A stretch of 32,000 nucleotides of DNA, taken from assembly GCA_027485285.1 (NCBI GenBank), contig JAIXRH010000075.1, forward strand, positions 70,399-102,398. The letters run 5' to 3'. A model generated the notes under the pieces. The model was given only the letters and a program-made list of their open reading frames with translations, did no database searches and was not told the DNA's origin. Positions 19,301 through 28,559 of the stretch are shown one piece after another. Made by a program: the position numbers and the translations under genes. This stretch comes from Comamonadaceae bacterium (GTDB taxonomy: Bacteria > Pseudomonadota > Gammaproteobacteria > Burkholderiales > Burkholderiaceae_C). How positions within the stretch are numbered: position 1 is the stretch's first letter; each line of letters opens with the position of its first letter.

Positions 19301-19473
19301 GGAGAGCGACCGGGGGCTTCTGTGGCAATTTGCACCTGCACGTTGGTCACGTCGGGAAACGCGTCTACCGACAGTTTGGTGGCAGCATGCAGGCCGAAAA
19401 ACAGCAGCATCACCGCGATGACACACACCACCAAACGCTGCTTGAGCGCACCGCGAACGAGAGACTCCAACAT
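16363..19473 (-). CDS. czcA: CusA/CzcA-family heavy-metal efflux RND inner-membrane pump.
   Basis: This 1036-aa protein has the 12-TM RND architecture. The N-terminus (MLESLVRGALKQRLVV...) and motifs such as GGLAIAIGLMVDGSVVVVEN are typical of the HME-RND family. Confidence 0.95.
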   Translation of the reverse strand: MLESLVRGALKQRLVVCVIAVMLLFFGLHAATKLSVDAFPDVTNVQVQIATEAPGRSPEEVERFATVPIEVAMTGLPGLTELRSLNKPGLSLITLVFTDKTSVYFARQLVMERLMEVGQRLPPGITPVLGPVSSGLGEVYQYTLEHSGDGNRELSEEELTQRRVVQDWVLRPLLRSIPGVAEINSQGGFVKQYHVLVNPERLRHYKISLSEVYDAVSRNNANSGGGVLPQASEQYLIRGVGLIQGVGDLGQIVLKEINGTPVYMRDVAEIKLGHDVRQGAVIKNGDTEAVGGIVMMMTGGNAKEVVSRIKTRVKEINDRDMLPGDLKVVPYYDRSELVDAALWTVTKVLIEGVVLVVIVLFLFLGDVRSSLIVVATLVLTPLLTFMAMNKLGISANLMSLGGLAIAIGLMVDGSVVVVENAYARLGRAAELGETKVRGILNAVTEVATPVIFGVGIIILVFLPLMTLQGMEGKMFAPLAYTIAIALAVSLVLSMTLSPVLSSYLLKPPVGDGDHDTKLIRVLKSRYLQLLGLAMANQKRTVLASLATLVLAVTILPFLGTAFIPEMKEGSVVPGINRVPNISLNESIKMEMQAMKLIMTVPGVKSAISGLGRGESPADPQSVNESTPIVSLKPRSEWPSGWDQTDITHAMSEKLKVLPGVQIVMAQPISDRVDEMVTGVRSDIAVKVFGDNLDELKHVANQIAKVAQTIQGAQDLRVERISGQQYLQIDIDRQAIARLGLNVSDVNDMIETAIGGKVASEVFEGERRYAAVVRLPERFRNNIEAISNIILSSANGAQARLDDVAKIHVLDGPAQISREMAKRRIVVGINVKDRDLGSFVAELQDKVDDKIKLPEGYYLEWGGQFQNMERALGHLKIIVPITVAAIFFLLFLLFNSVKFAMLIITVLPFASVGGVIGLFIAGEYLSVPASVGFIALWGIAVLNGVVLVSYIRSLREGGMSVKDAVLEGARQRFRPVMMTATVAMLGLIPFLISDGPGSEVQRPLAIVVIGGLITCTLLTLVVVPTIYHWFDESEPEA

Positions 19474-19476
19474 GGC

Positions 19477-20643
19477 TTAACTCCCGTTTTCCATTTGCGC
19501 TAGATTGCGGTGGTTGTTCAGGTGAAACGCGCCCTCTGAGACGATGCGCATGCCAGGCTTGAGGCCCTCTAGCACCACACGCTGGCCATTTTGTTCGGCG
19601 GCCAGCTTGACGGGCGTGAGTCTGAAGTAATTGTCAGGCTCTTGCACAAACACATAGTCGGCATCGTCTTGTCGCACCACTGCGGTGATAGGCACGACCA
19701 AGCGTTTGACGGGCGCTGACTCAATCAGCATGGAGGCCAGCATCGATGGCTTGAGGCGTCCACCTTTGTTGTCCAGCTCGGTACGAACCAGCACGGTGCG
19801 CGTTTCCGGGTTGACTGTTTGGCCCACGTAAATCAGTTTTCCTTGGAGCTTTTCGTTGCTCAGTGCTGGCACTTCGATGGTCACCGATTGGCCCACTTTG
19901 ACTTGGCCGACTTGCTGCTCGGGGACTTGGGCCACAGCCCAGACGCGGCTGAGGTCGGCTACGGCAAACAGCACATCGGAAGGTTGTACCACTTGGCCCG
20001 CAGCGATTTTTCGCTCCACCACCACACCTTTGATGGTGGCCATCACGCTGGCCACCGAGTCGATAGCGCCTGTGTTTGCTAAGCGCTCGATCGACTGGGC
20101 GCTGACGCCCAGCACCCGAAGTTGGTCTTGGGCAGCGCGTGTTTCGGCAGAGGCAATTTCATATTCATTTTCACGCCGCTGCAGCTCGGCTGCGCTGATC
20201 ACATCGGCATCAAACAGCGTCTGTGCGCGGCCCAAGTTGCGACGGTGTAGCTCTTTTTCAGAGCGGGCTTTGAGGTAGGCCAATTGCGAACCCGACAACT
20301 CGCTGCTGTTGATCAAGGCCAAGGTGTCCCCTTTGTTGACCACTTGGCCAAGTGACGCTTGGATTTGCGTCACACGCCCCGTCACACTGGCACCGATGCG
20401 GGTGAGGGCTTGTTCGTCAAAATCAATTTGTCCTGCGGCACGCAGGGTGTCGGACATTTCTTGGCTGACCACCTCCGATACTTTGATTTGCGCTTGCAGG
20501 CTCTCAGGCGCTAAAACGCGCATGACATCGTTTTGCTTGCTGTTGGTCTCTTGAACTGTCGCTTTTTTGCAGGCAGAAAGGGCCATCACGCTGCCGAGTA
20601 AGACCGCAACTAAGGTGTGAATTTTGAATGAGCGTGTAAGCAT
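19477..20643 (-). CDS. czcB: Efflux RND periplasmic adaptor (membrane fusion protein, CzcB-like).
   Basis: It has a lipoprotein-like signal peptide (LGSVMALSAC). The coiled-coil hairpin and beta-barrel pattern is typical of the HlyD/MFP family. It lies directly upstream of czcA. Confidence 0.9.
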   Translation of the reverse strand: MLTRSFKIHTLVAVLLGSVMALSACKKATVQETNSKQNDVMRVLAPESLQAQIKVSEVVSQEMSDTLRAAGQIDFDEQALTRIGASVTGRVTQIQASLGQVVNKGDTLALINSSELSGSQLAYLKARSEKELHRRNLGRAQTLFDADVISAAELQRRENEYEIASAETRAAQDQLRVLGVSAQSIERLANTGAIDSVASVMATIKGVVVERKIAAGQVVQPSDVLFAVADLSRVWAVAQVPEQQVGQVKVGQSVTIEVPALSNEKLQGKLIYVGQTVNPETRTVLVRTELDNKGGRLKPSMLASMLIESAPVKRLVVPITAVVRQDDADYVFVQEPDNYFRLTPVKLAAEQNGQRVVLEGLKPGMRIVSEGAFHLNNHRNLAQMENGS

Positions 20644-20654
20644 GGGTGTTGGCC

Positions 20655-21902
20655 TTAAGGTGTGTTGGCACGCAAACGATCAATCTCGGCCCAAGCGCTG
20701 GCCAATTCAAACTGCGCGGTGATGAGTTCGTTGCGCGCTATGCGATAAAAACGCTGCGCATCCATGACTTCCAAAAAGCTTCTCTCGCCGGCTTTGTAGG
20801 CCAGCTCGGCAATGCGCAGTGCATTGGCCGCATTGCGAACGATGCCGCCCTCAAGTGCCACCACCTGTGCGTTGGCAATGTCATATTGCTGATAGGCCGC
20901 TTCGAGCGACTGCAGCAAAGCAAATTCTTGGTAAGCCAACTGGTTGTCTGATTGAGACAGCTTGGCGGCGGCCTCACCGATGGGGCCACCACGCCAATCC
21001 CACAAGGGCACATTCATGGCGAGGCCTACGCGCTTGTTGCGCCACTCGGGATCAGAGTCTTGGTCAGCACGCAAGGCAAATTTGGGAAAGCGCAGGGCTT
21101 TTTCTTCGCTGAGCTTGCGGTCCAGCTGTTGGCGCTCGGCGCGTGTGCGTTGCAGTTCGGGGTTGGTTCTGCGCACTTCCTCACGCACGTCAGCAAGGGG
21201 GGCAGGCGGCGCAAAGGTGTGGGTTTGCTCTTGAACTTCAAATGTTTCAGGCAGTTGCACACCGACCAAAGCGCGCAGAGCGCCGCGTGATTGGCGAACC
21301 CGCAGAGTGGCAGACTCTTGCATTTTTTGAGCGTTCAGCAACTCGGCATTGGCCTTGACGAGCTCGAAACGTGCCTTTTCTCCGGTCTCGACTTGCAGCT
21401 CAATGCGTTTGTGAATGCCGTTCATCAACTTCACATCTTCAGCGGCGACTCGGTTTTCAGCAGTGCGGCGGACCAAATCGTAATAACGCAAGCGCAGGAG
21501 GGCGCGCATGTCGGATTTGAACGATTGCTCATTGGCTTGGGCCGCATTCAGCCCAGCCAGCGCGCCGTCGACACGCGGAAAGCGGTGCCAAGGCATGTCC
21601 AGGTCTTGGGTGAGGCTGATGGTTTTCAGATGTCCTGTTGGATTGGGGATGCCGGGGCGAGGATTTCGGTTGCCATTCATCACCTCAATTTGCGGATTAG
21701 GGATGGTGCGTGCCGTGTCCACCGCTGCACGCGCGGCATCCACCGCATTGGCCGCACCACGCAAAGCGGGGCTTTGGCTGAACATCATGGCCTCTAAGTC
21801 GAGCAGGCTCAACTTTGCGTTGTCTGCGAAGGCCAAATTGCCAAAGGTGGCAGAGATGCAAAGCAGCAGGGCGGTCAGTTGTTTTGTGTGGAACGATGGC
21901 AA
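20655..21902 (-). CDS. czcC: TolC/CzcC-family outer-membrane efflux protein.
   Basis: It has a signal peptide (LTALLLCISATFGNLAFA) and two OEP repeats. The start is uncertain: the track uses the TTG at 21929. I prefer the TTG at 21902, which is preceded by AAGGTG 6 nt upstream. No ATG exists before the signal peptide. Confidence 0.85.
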   Translation of the reverse strand: MPSFHTKQLTALLLCISATFGNLAFADNAKLSLLDLEAMMFSQSPALRGAANAVDAARAAVDTARTIPNPQIEVMNGNRNPRPGIPNPTGHLKTISLTQDLDMPWHRFPRVDGALAGLNAAQANEQSFKSDMRALLRLRYYDLVRRTAENRVAAEDVKLMNGIHKRIELQVETGEKARFELVKANAELLNAQKMQESATLRVRQSRGALRALVGVQLPETFEVQEQTHTFAPPAPLADVREEVRRTNPELQRTRAERQQLDRKLSEEKALRFPKFALRADQDSDPEWRNKRVGLAMNVPLWDWRGGPIGEAAAKLSQSDNQLAYQEFALLQSLEAAYQQYDIANAQVVALEGGIVRNAANALRIAELAYKAGERSFLEVMDAQRFYRIARNELITAQFELASAWAEIDRLRANTP

Positions 21903-22018
21903 ACGAATCACCTTAATGCAATTTTGCAAATGTAAAAAATCTATTGTCGTAGAAGCTGCAATGCCATCCGTGCCTTAAGGAATACAACGGCTTGAGCGCT
22001 GTATACAAGCCACACTGA

Positions 22019-23524
<1,506 letters not shown>

Positions 23525-23576
23525 GCTTGCACAACCGCCGTTTGAAAAACTCATTGAGCGCACGTCGCCTGCGCCA

Positions 23577-23605
23577 AGCCACCCCTCGGGGTGGCTTTGT
23601 TTTTT
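23577..23605 (+). terminator. Rho-independent terminator-like hairpin between guaB and guaA.
   Basis: AGCCACCC (23577-23584) pairs with GGGTGGCT (23589-23596) around a 4-nt loop (CTCG). TTGTTTTTT follows. Confidence 0.6.
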
Positions 23606-23648
23606 GAGACAATAGCTCAACAGGCCATTTGAAGGCCCTTTTTTATTT

Positions 23649-25289
23649 ATGTCGCACCAAAAAATCCTCATTCTCGATTTCGGCTCTCAAGTCACTCAAC
23701 TGATCGCCCGCCGCGTGCGCGAGGCCCATGTGTTTTGTGAAGTGCATCCTTGCGATGTGACCAGCGACTGGGTGCGCGACTACGCCAAAGACGGCAACCT
23801 CAAGGGCATCATCCTCTCAGGCAGCCACGCCAGCGTGTACGAAGTGGACGACCGCGCGCCCGACGCTGTGTTTGAGCTTGGTCTGCCAGTTTTGGGCATT
23901 TGTTACGGCATGCAAACCATGGCCACCCAGTTGGGCGGCAAGGTCGAGGCGGGCACCACGCGTGAGTTTGGCTATGCCGAAGTGCGAGCCCACGGCCACA
24001 CCGAACTGCTCAAAGGCATTGAAGACTTCAACACGCCTGAAGGTCACGGCATGCTGAAGGTGTGGATGAGCCACGGCGACAAGGTGACTCAGTTGCCTGA
24101 GGGTTTCAAGGTCATGGCGTCCACGCCTGCTTGCCCAATCGCCGGCATGGCTGACGAAGCGCGCAAGTTTTACGCGGTGCAGTTCCACCCTGAAGTCACG
24201 CACACGGTACAAGGCCAAGCTTTGTTGAACCGCTTTGTGTTGGACATTTGCGGCACACGCCCAGACTGGATCATGGGCGATTACATCGAAGAAGCGGTGG
24301 CCGCCATTCGACAGCAAGTGGGCGACGAAGAAGTCATCTTGGGCCTGTCGGGTGGCGTGGATTCGTCGGTGGCCGCAGCGCTCATTCACCGCGCGATTGG
24401 CGACAAACTCACCTGCGTGTTTGTGGACCACGGCTTGTTGCGCCTGAACGAGGGCGACATGGTGATGGACATGTTTGTGGGCAAGTTGCACGCCCATGTG
24501 ATTCGCGTGGACGCCAGCGATTTGTTCTTGGGCAAGTTGGCCGGTGTGAGTGAACCAGAAGCCAAACGCAAAATCATTGGTGGTTTGTTTGTGGACGTGT
24601 TCAAAGAACAAGCGGCCAAACTCAAGGCAGCCGGTGGCGTCAACAGAAATGGCGGTGGACCCGCTGTCAAAGGCGCGACCTTTCTGGCGCAAGGCACGAT
24701 TTACCCAGACGTCATCGAGAGCGGCGGTGCGAAAAGCAAAAAAGCGGTCACCATCAAGAGCCACCACAACGTGGGCGGCTTGCCCGAGCAGTTGGGCTTG
24801 AAGTTGTTGGAGCCATTGCGCGAATTGTTCAAAGACGAAGTGCGCGAACTCGGTGTGGCCTTAGGGCTACCCCACGACATGGTGTACCGCCACCCATTCC
24901 CAGGCCCAGGCTTGGGAGTGCGAATTTTGGGTGAAGTGAAAAAAGAATACGCCGACTTGCTGCGCCGTGCGGATGCGATCTTTATCGAAGAACTGCACAA
25001 CTTCAAAGACGAAGCCACAGGCAAGTCTTGGTACGCTTTGACCAGCCAAGCTTTCACCGTGTTCTTGCCCGTCAAGAGCGTTGGCGTGATGGGCGATGGC
25101 CGAACCTACGACTATGTGGTGGCCCTGCGCGCCGTACAAACCAGCGATTTCATGACGGCCGATTGGGCCGAGCTGCCCTATGCCTTGCTCAAGAAAGTGT
25201 CGGGTCGCATCATCAACGAAGTGCGCGGTATCAACCGAGTGACGTATGACGTGTCCTCAAAACCACCGGCGACCATAGAGTGGGAGTAG
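23649..25289 (+). CDS. guaA: Glutamine-hydrolysing GMP synthase.
   Basis: The GATase domain is present ([25 protein letters not shown]). The ATP-PPase P-loop [11 protein letters not shown] follows, then [10 protein letters not shown] and the C-terminus ...PPATIEWE. Confidence 0.97.
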   Translation: MSHQKILILDFGSQVTQLIARRVREAHVFCEVHPCDVTSDWVRDYAKDGNLKGIILSGSHASVYEVDDRAPDAVFELGLPVLGICYGMQTMATQLGGKVEAGTTREFGYAEVRAHGHTELLKGIEDFNTPEGHGMLKVWMSHGDKVTQLPEGFKVMASTPACPIAGMADEARKFYAVQFHPEVTHTVQGQALLNRFVLDICGTRPDWIMGDYIEEAVAAIRQQVGDEEVILGLSGGVDSSVAAALIHRAIGDKLTCVFVDHGLLRLNEGDMVMDMFVGKLHAHVIRVDASDLFLGKLAGVSEPEAKRKIIGGLFVDVFKEQAAKLKAAGGVNRNGGGPAVKGATFLAQGTIYPDVIESGGAKSKKAVTIKSHHNVGGLPEQLGLKLLEPLRELFKDEVRELGVALGLPHDMVYRHPFPGPGLGVRILGEVKKEYADLLRRADAIFIEELHNFKDEATGKSWYALTSQAFTVFLPVKSVGVMGDGRTYDYVVALRAVQTSDFMTADWAELPYALLKKVSGRIINEVRGINRVTYDVSSKPPATIEWE

Positions 25290-25373
25290 TTTTTATAAGC
25301 TAAGTCATTGATTTATAAGGGTTTTGTAGTTACACAAAACTTTCACAAATAAAATAAGTTGTTGATTTTATTG

Positions 25374-25447
25374 GGCGTTGAAATTACAGTTACACGTAAA
25401 GCTACACAAAACTGTAGCTATTCAAAATCGTAAGTAACATCAACGCC
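25374..25447. promoter_or_regulatory. Nested inverted and direct repeats in the integrase leader (candidate arm-type or operator sites).
   Basis: The outer inverted repeat is GGCGTTGA (25374-25381) / TCAACGCC (25440-25447), ending 2 nt before the int ATG. The inner inverted repeat is AGCTACA (25400-25406) / TGTAGCT (25413-25419). AGTTACAC occurs as a direct repeat at 25328 and 25388, and TACACAAAACT at 25331 and 25403. Confidence 0.3.
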
Positions 25448-25449
25448 AA

Positions 25450-26796
25450 ATGCCACTCAAAAAACAGCCATCCAATGCCAATGAGATAGCCATATACGAC
25501 GAAGCCTTAATTTACCAAAGAGGTGAATATTGGCAGATGCGTATGTGGTTGGCTAAGGAAAAGAAGTACGCACGATTTAGTCTGCGTACGAGAAATAGAG
25601 ACACGGCAGAAGCGAAAGCTAAGAAGTACTACCACGAGCTAATGGCACAGCAATTAGCGGGTAAAACATACTTCTCTATGACATCTAAGCAAGGCGTTGA
25701 GGAATACATTAAGCAACGCACTAAGGATATGGAAGCTGGCTTGATAGTCAAAGGCAGGCTTACAACTATCAAAACACACTTAGAACATTGGCTCAAGTTC
25801 ATTGGCAAAGATACTAAGATTAAGGAAATGGAACGCACAGATTGCGAAAATTATTTCCATAATCGTACAAAGAATAAAAAGAAACTTCCCGTTAGTAGAA
25901 CTACTGTGCTCAACGAGCAAAGTAGTATCAACGCAATGATGAGTTGGCTACACAAACGCGGGGAAAGCTACATTGAAGCGTTTGAATTTAAGAAGTTAGG
26001 AAAGATTGATACTGGCGATGAGCGTACAAGACGCAATACATTTACAGATGAAGAAGTCATCGCCATTAAGACTGAGCTTGAGAAATACATTAAAGAAGCT
26101 AAAGAAGATTTAAGCTTGTATGGAAACCTAAATAAAGTCGTCACATCCTATTATTTGCTCGTAGCAATCATTACAGGCTTGCGTAGGGGGGAGCAATTAC
26201 AGCTAACTTGGAATGATATAAGCTGGCTGGAAAAGCAAGTTAAAGCAGAGAAAAAGAACGAAGAAAATAAAGAGCGAAGTGATAATAAAATCGCAGAAGA
26301 AGGCGAACACGAAAGCGAAACCTATAGCTTAATAAAGATAACAGTTAGGGGTAAAACATCTAAAGTCGGAAAGACAAGAAACTTTGTTGTTAAGGATTGG
26401 GAGTACTTTGACGAGCTATTTAAGTTCCTACATCCTCGCTACATAAAAGCTAATAAAGGCGATAAGAACGCAACGCCATTCGGCAAGACACTTATCTTTA
26501 GTTTGGATGGCAAGAGTCCTTTAACGCCTCGCGTAATCCTCTACCACTTTGACGAGATACTCACACGCTGTGAAATTGATGGTGGTGAAGAGCGGGATTT
26601 GGTGCCGTACAGCTTCCGTCACTACTTCATCACAGATATGATTAACAGGGGTGCTTCTCCAACGCAAGTGGCTGAAACTTGCGGAACAAGTACGGCACAA
26701 ATTGAGAAGACTTACTACCACACTACAGAGCGTAAGATGATTGAAAACGCTTTACCACAGTTCTATTACAAAGACGGCTTGTTAATTCCAAAGTAA
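25450..26796 (+). CDS. int: Tyrosine-type site-specific integrase (448 aa, atypical).
   Basis: The catalytic-domain landmarks are GLRRGEQLQLTWNDI (Arg I), VRGKTSKVGKTR (beta-hairpin Lys), PYSFRHYFITDMINRG (box II Arg) and AQIEKTYYHT (nucleophile Tyr). It sits at the island junction. No SD is visible upstream. Confidence 0.85.
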   Translation: MPLKKQPSNANEIAIYDEALIYQRGEYWQMRMWLAKEKKYARFSLRTRNRDTAEAKAKKYYHELMAQQLAGKTYFSMTSKQGVEEYIKQRTKDMEAGLIVKGRLTTIKTHLEHWLKFIGKDTKIKEMERTDCENYFHNRTKNKKKLPVSRTTVLNEQSSINAMMSWLHKRGESYIEAFEFKKLGKIDTGDERTRRNTFTDEEVIAIKTELEKYIKEAKEDLSLYGNLNKVVTSYYLLVAIITGLRRGEQLQLTWNDISWLEKQVKAEKKNEENKERSDNKIAEEGEHESETYSLIKITVRGKTSKVGKTRNFVVKDWEYFDELFKFLHPRYIKANKGDKNATPFGKTLIFSLDGKSPLTPRVILYHFDEILTRCEIDGGEERDLVPYSFRHYFITDMINRGASPTQVAETCGTSTAQIEKTYYHTTERKMIENALPQFYYKDGLLIPK

Positions 26797-26868
26797 AAGT
26801 AGGTGGGGGTATAGGTAAAAAAACACCACCCCAAAAGCGTAAGTACTTCACCTAAGAAATCCGCACAG

Positions 26869-27384
26869 CTATTTTTTTAGGGTGGCAGTACCATTTTTGC
26901 TATGCCTGTCGTCACCGTAACCATCTTTTTCTATAGCACCTATATTCATACCAAAATACCCGTCTTTAACGCCGAAAGAGGGTTTAATTGGAGCTATGTG
27001 TGTGGTTTTAGGGTGGGGCGCAGTAGCTGATTCAGGATTAACTGCTGTGATTTGAGGCTGTGGGTAAGGCTTGGGGTAGGCTGTAGGTTGTTGTGCTGTA
27101 GCATAAGGATGTGCTTGGGTTGGTGGATTAGAGGGAGAGGGTGCTTGTGGTTTTGTGTTGGCATTAGGCTTTTTAGGTGGGGGTGATGGTGGGCTTGGTA
27201 TGTGTACTTTGCCACCCTTTCCACGTTTCTTCCCACGTGGCTTAAGCTTTGCCTGTGACTTACGTTCTGCTTCAACACGTTGCTGTTCAGCCGCTTGCTG
27301 TGCTATGGCTGTCCAAGTGTTGTCAATAATTGTGCGTAGCAAAGCCAATTGTTCTTCAGCATTGGCAAACTCATAAAGTCTCAT
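26869..27384 (-). CDS. Hypothetical protein with a helical N-terminus, a basic stretch and a long Pro/Gln-rich low-complexity region.
   Basis: A strong SD (AGGAGA) lies 5-6 nt upstream of the ATG. The sequence reads MRLYEFANAEEQLALLRTIIDNTW...KPRGKKRGKGGK...PSPPSPPPKKPN.... No domain is recognised. Confidence 0.55.
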   Translation of the reverse strand: MRLYEFANAEEQLALLRTIIDNTWTAIAQQAAEQQRVEAERKSQAKLKPRGKKRGKGGKVHIPSPPSPPPKKPNANTKPQAPSPSNPPTQAHPYATAQQPTAYPKPYPQPQITAVNPESATAPHPKTTHIAPIKPSFGVKDGYFGMNIGAIEKDGYGDDRHSKNGTATLKK

Positions 27385-27423
27385 AGTATTCTCCTATTCT
27401 TATATTTATCGTAAATAGGAAAC

Positions 27424-27450
27424 AGGGCTGACTTAGATTAAGCCAGCCCT
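27424..27450 (-). terminator. Hairpin just downstream of the 145-aa gene (possible attenuating terminator within the two-gene operon).
   Basis: AGGGCTG (27424-27430) pairs with CAGCCCT (27444-27450). On the minus strand it is followed by GTTTCCTATTT, a weak T-tract. Confidence 0.4.
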
Positions 27451-27457
27451 TAAGCAA

Positions 27458-27895
27458 TCACTTGCTAAATCCAGCACGTAGCTTGTCACTGGCATTTGTA
27501 ATTGCTTCGTCAAGTTCACCAGCAATTACCGCATCCTTAAGCAAGCTCAAAGTAGCCAGCAATTCGTCGCCAGTGCTAAGTTCGATGGCATTCTTTCCCT
27601 TAGCAAGTTCCAAAGTCTTGCTTCCATAGCGAATGCTTAAGTTAATCTTGTTCGCTGGCGTTGTCCAAAACCACTCCTTAACACGCTTGGTAGTCTCAAT
27701 AGCTACCCTTTCACCTGCGTCATTAGTCACAGTCTTAATACGCTTGGGTGCGTATAAACGTCCTTCTTTTTGTGCTGTGGCAAGCTGTAGTTGTTCTTCA
27801 ATTTTAGACGCAAGCTTATTCCTACGCAAAACGATAGGGCTTAGGTTACGTTCACGCTTGCTTGCTACAAGCTTCAATTTGGCGATAAAAGTCAT
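27458..27895 (-). CDS. Hypothetical protein (145 aa); no domain recognised.
   Basis: An SD (AAGGAG) lies upstream of the ATG. The frame is clean in a low-GC context. The sequence reads MTFIAKLKLVASKRERNLSPIVLRRNKLASKIEEQL...WFWTTPANKINLSIRYG.... Confidence 0.6.
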   Translation of the reverse strand: MTFIAKLKLVASKRERNLSPIVLRRNKLASKIEEQLQLATAQKEGRLYAPKRIKTVTNDAGERVAIETTKRVKEWFWTTPANKINLSIRYGSKTLELAKGKNAIELSTGDELLATLSLLKDAVIAGELDEAITNASDKLRAGFSK

Positions 27896-28001
27896 ACAAA
27901 CTCCTTTTCATTAAGTGGAATTTGTACTGTAGCTTCAGAAACTCTTAAGGACAACCGAACGGAAAATTTCTCCTATCCTTTGGTTTTGTATAAATAAAGG
28001 T

Positions 28002-28526
28002 ATGAAACTACAAGATATCCGCACCCGTACAGCCTATAACCCTAACGCTCTGCCCACGCAGAAAGCGGCTGTTCGTGCGTGGTTAGGTGGAATGAGCAAA
28101 GAATTTCCGTTGTCTTTGACGCTGACACTGAAGCAAACTATTGTTGAAAAAAATGATAGGGGCACATATAGACGTGCTTTGACACGTGCTGATTGTGAAC
28201 GCATTGCTCGCCGCTTTACGCAAAAACTTAATAGGCAAGTGTTTGGAAAATACGCGGCTGAAAAATGCGGTAAGTCACTAAAGTATTTGCCAGTGATTGA
28301 AGGCGAGCGTAGCAATAAACATCTACACCTACATTTTGCCATTGGCGGCTTACCAAGCCACGTTAAGTTCAATCAATTTGATACGCTCGTTACCAATGCC
28401 AAGCTACAAGTTGAACACGTGGATAGCGAGCACAAGGTTGATATTACTGACAGCGGTTGGATTGAGTACATCACTAAAGAGGTTGGCACAAAGGACACTG
28501 ACAATGTTCTTTGGACTCTTTTCTAA
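28002..28526 (+). CDS. Small HUH-superfamily Rep-like protein (rolling-circle initiator or relaxase-like, inovirus Gp2-like); nuclease domain only.
   Basis: All three RCR motifs appear in order: motif I-like LSLTLTLK (aa 37-44), HUH motif KHLHLHFAIG (aa 106-115) and YxxK motif EYITKE (aa 155-160). The spacing between HUH and Tyr is about 47 aa. The SD is poor, so the start is uncertain. Confidence 0.5.
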   Translation: MKLQDIRTRTAYNPNALPTQKAAVRAWLGGMSKEFPLSLTLTLKQTIVEKNDRGTYRRALTRADCERIARRFTQKLNRQVFGKYAAEKCGKSLKYLPVIEGERSNKHLHLHFAIGGLPSHVKFNQFDTLVTNAKLQVEHVDSEHKVDITDSGWIEYITKEVGTKDTDNVLWTLF

Positions 28527-28559
28527 AAGCATTACTGCCCACGTTTGGCTCTTGCTTCG

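Noticed and set aside
24600-24690. A Gly-rich extra segment in GuaA ([17 protein letters not shown]) relative to E. coli GuaA.
   Set aside because: It falls in a known variable linker before the conserved [13 protein letters not shown] block. The frame and flanking motifs are intact. It is probably lineage-typical and not an insertion of interest.
25290-25449. I looked for a tRNA gene as the island integration target.
   Set aside because: The 160 bp between guaA and int are about 28% GC and lack tRNA-like stems. The junction coincides with the guaA stop codon instead.
26797-26868. A possible terminator between the convergent int and 171-aa genes (GGTGGGGG ... CCACCCC).
   Set aside because: The two G/C runs are not complementary in the required orientation. 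Only about 5 bp can pair, with a 20-nt loop.
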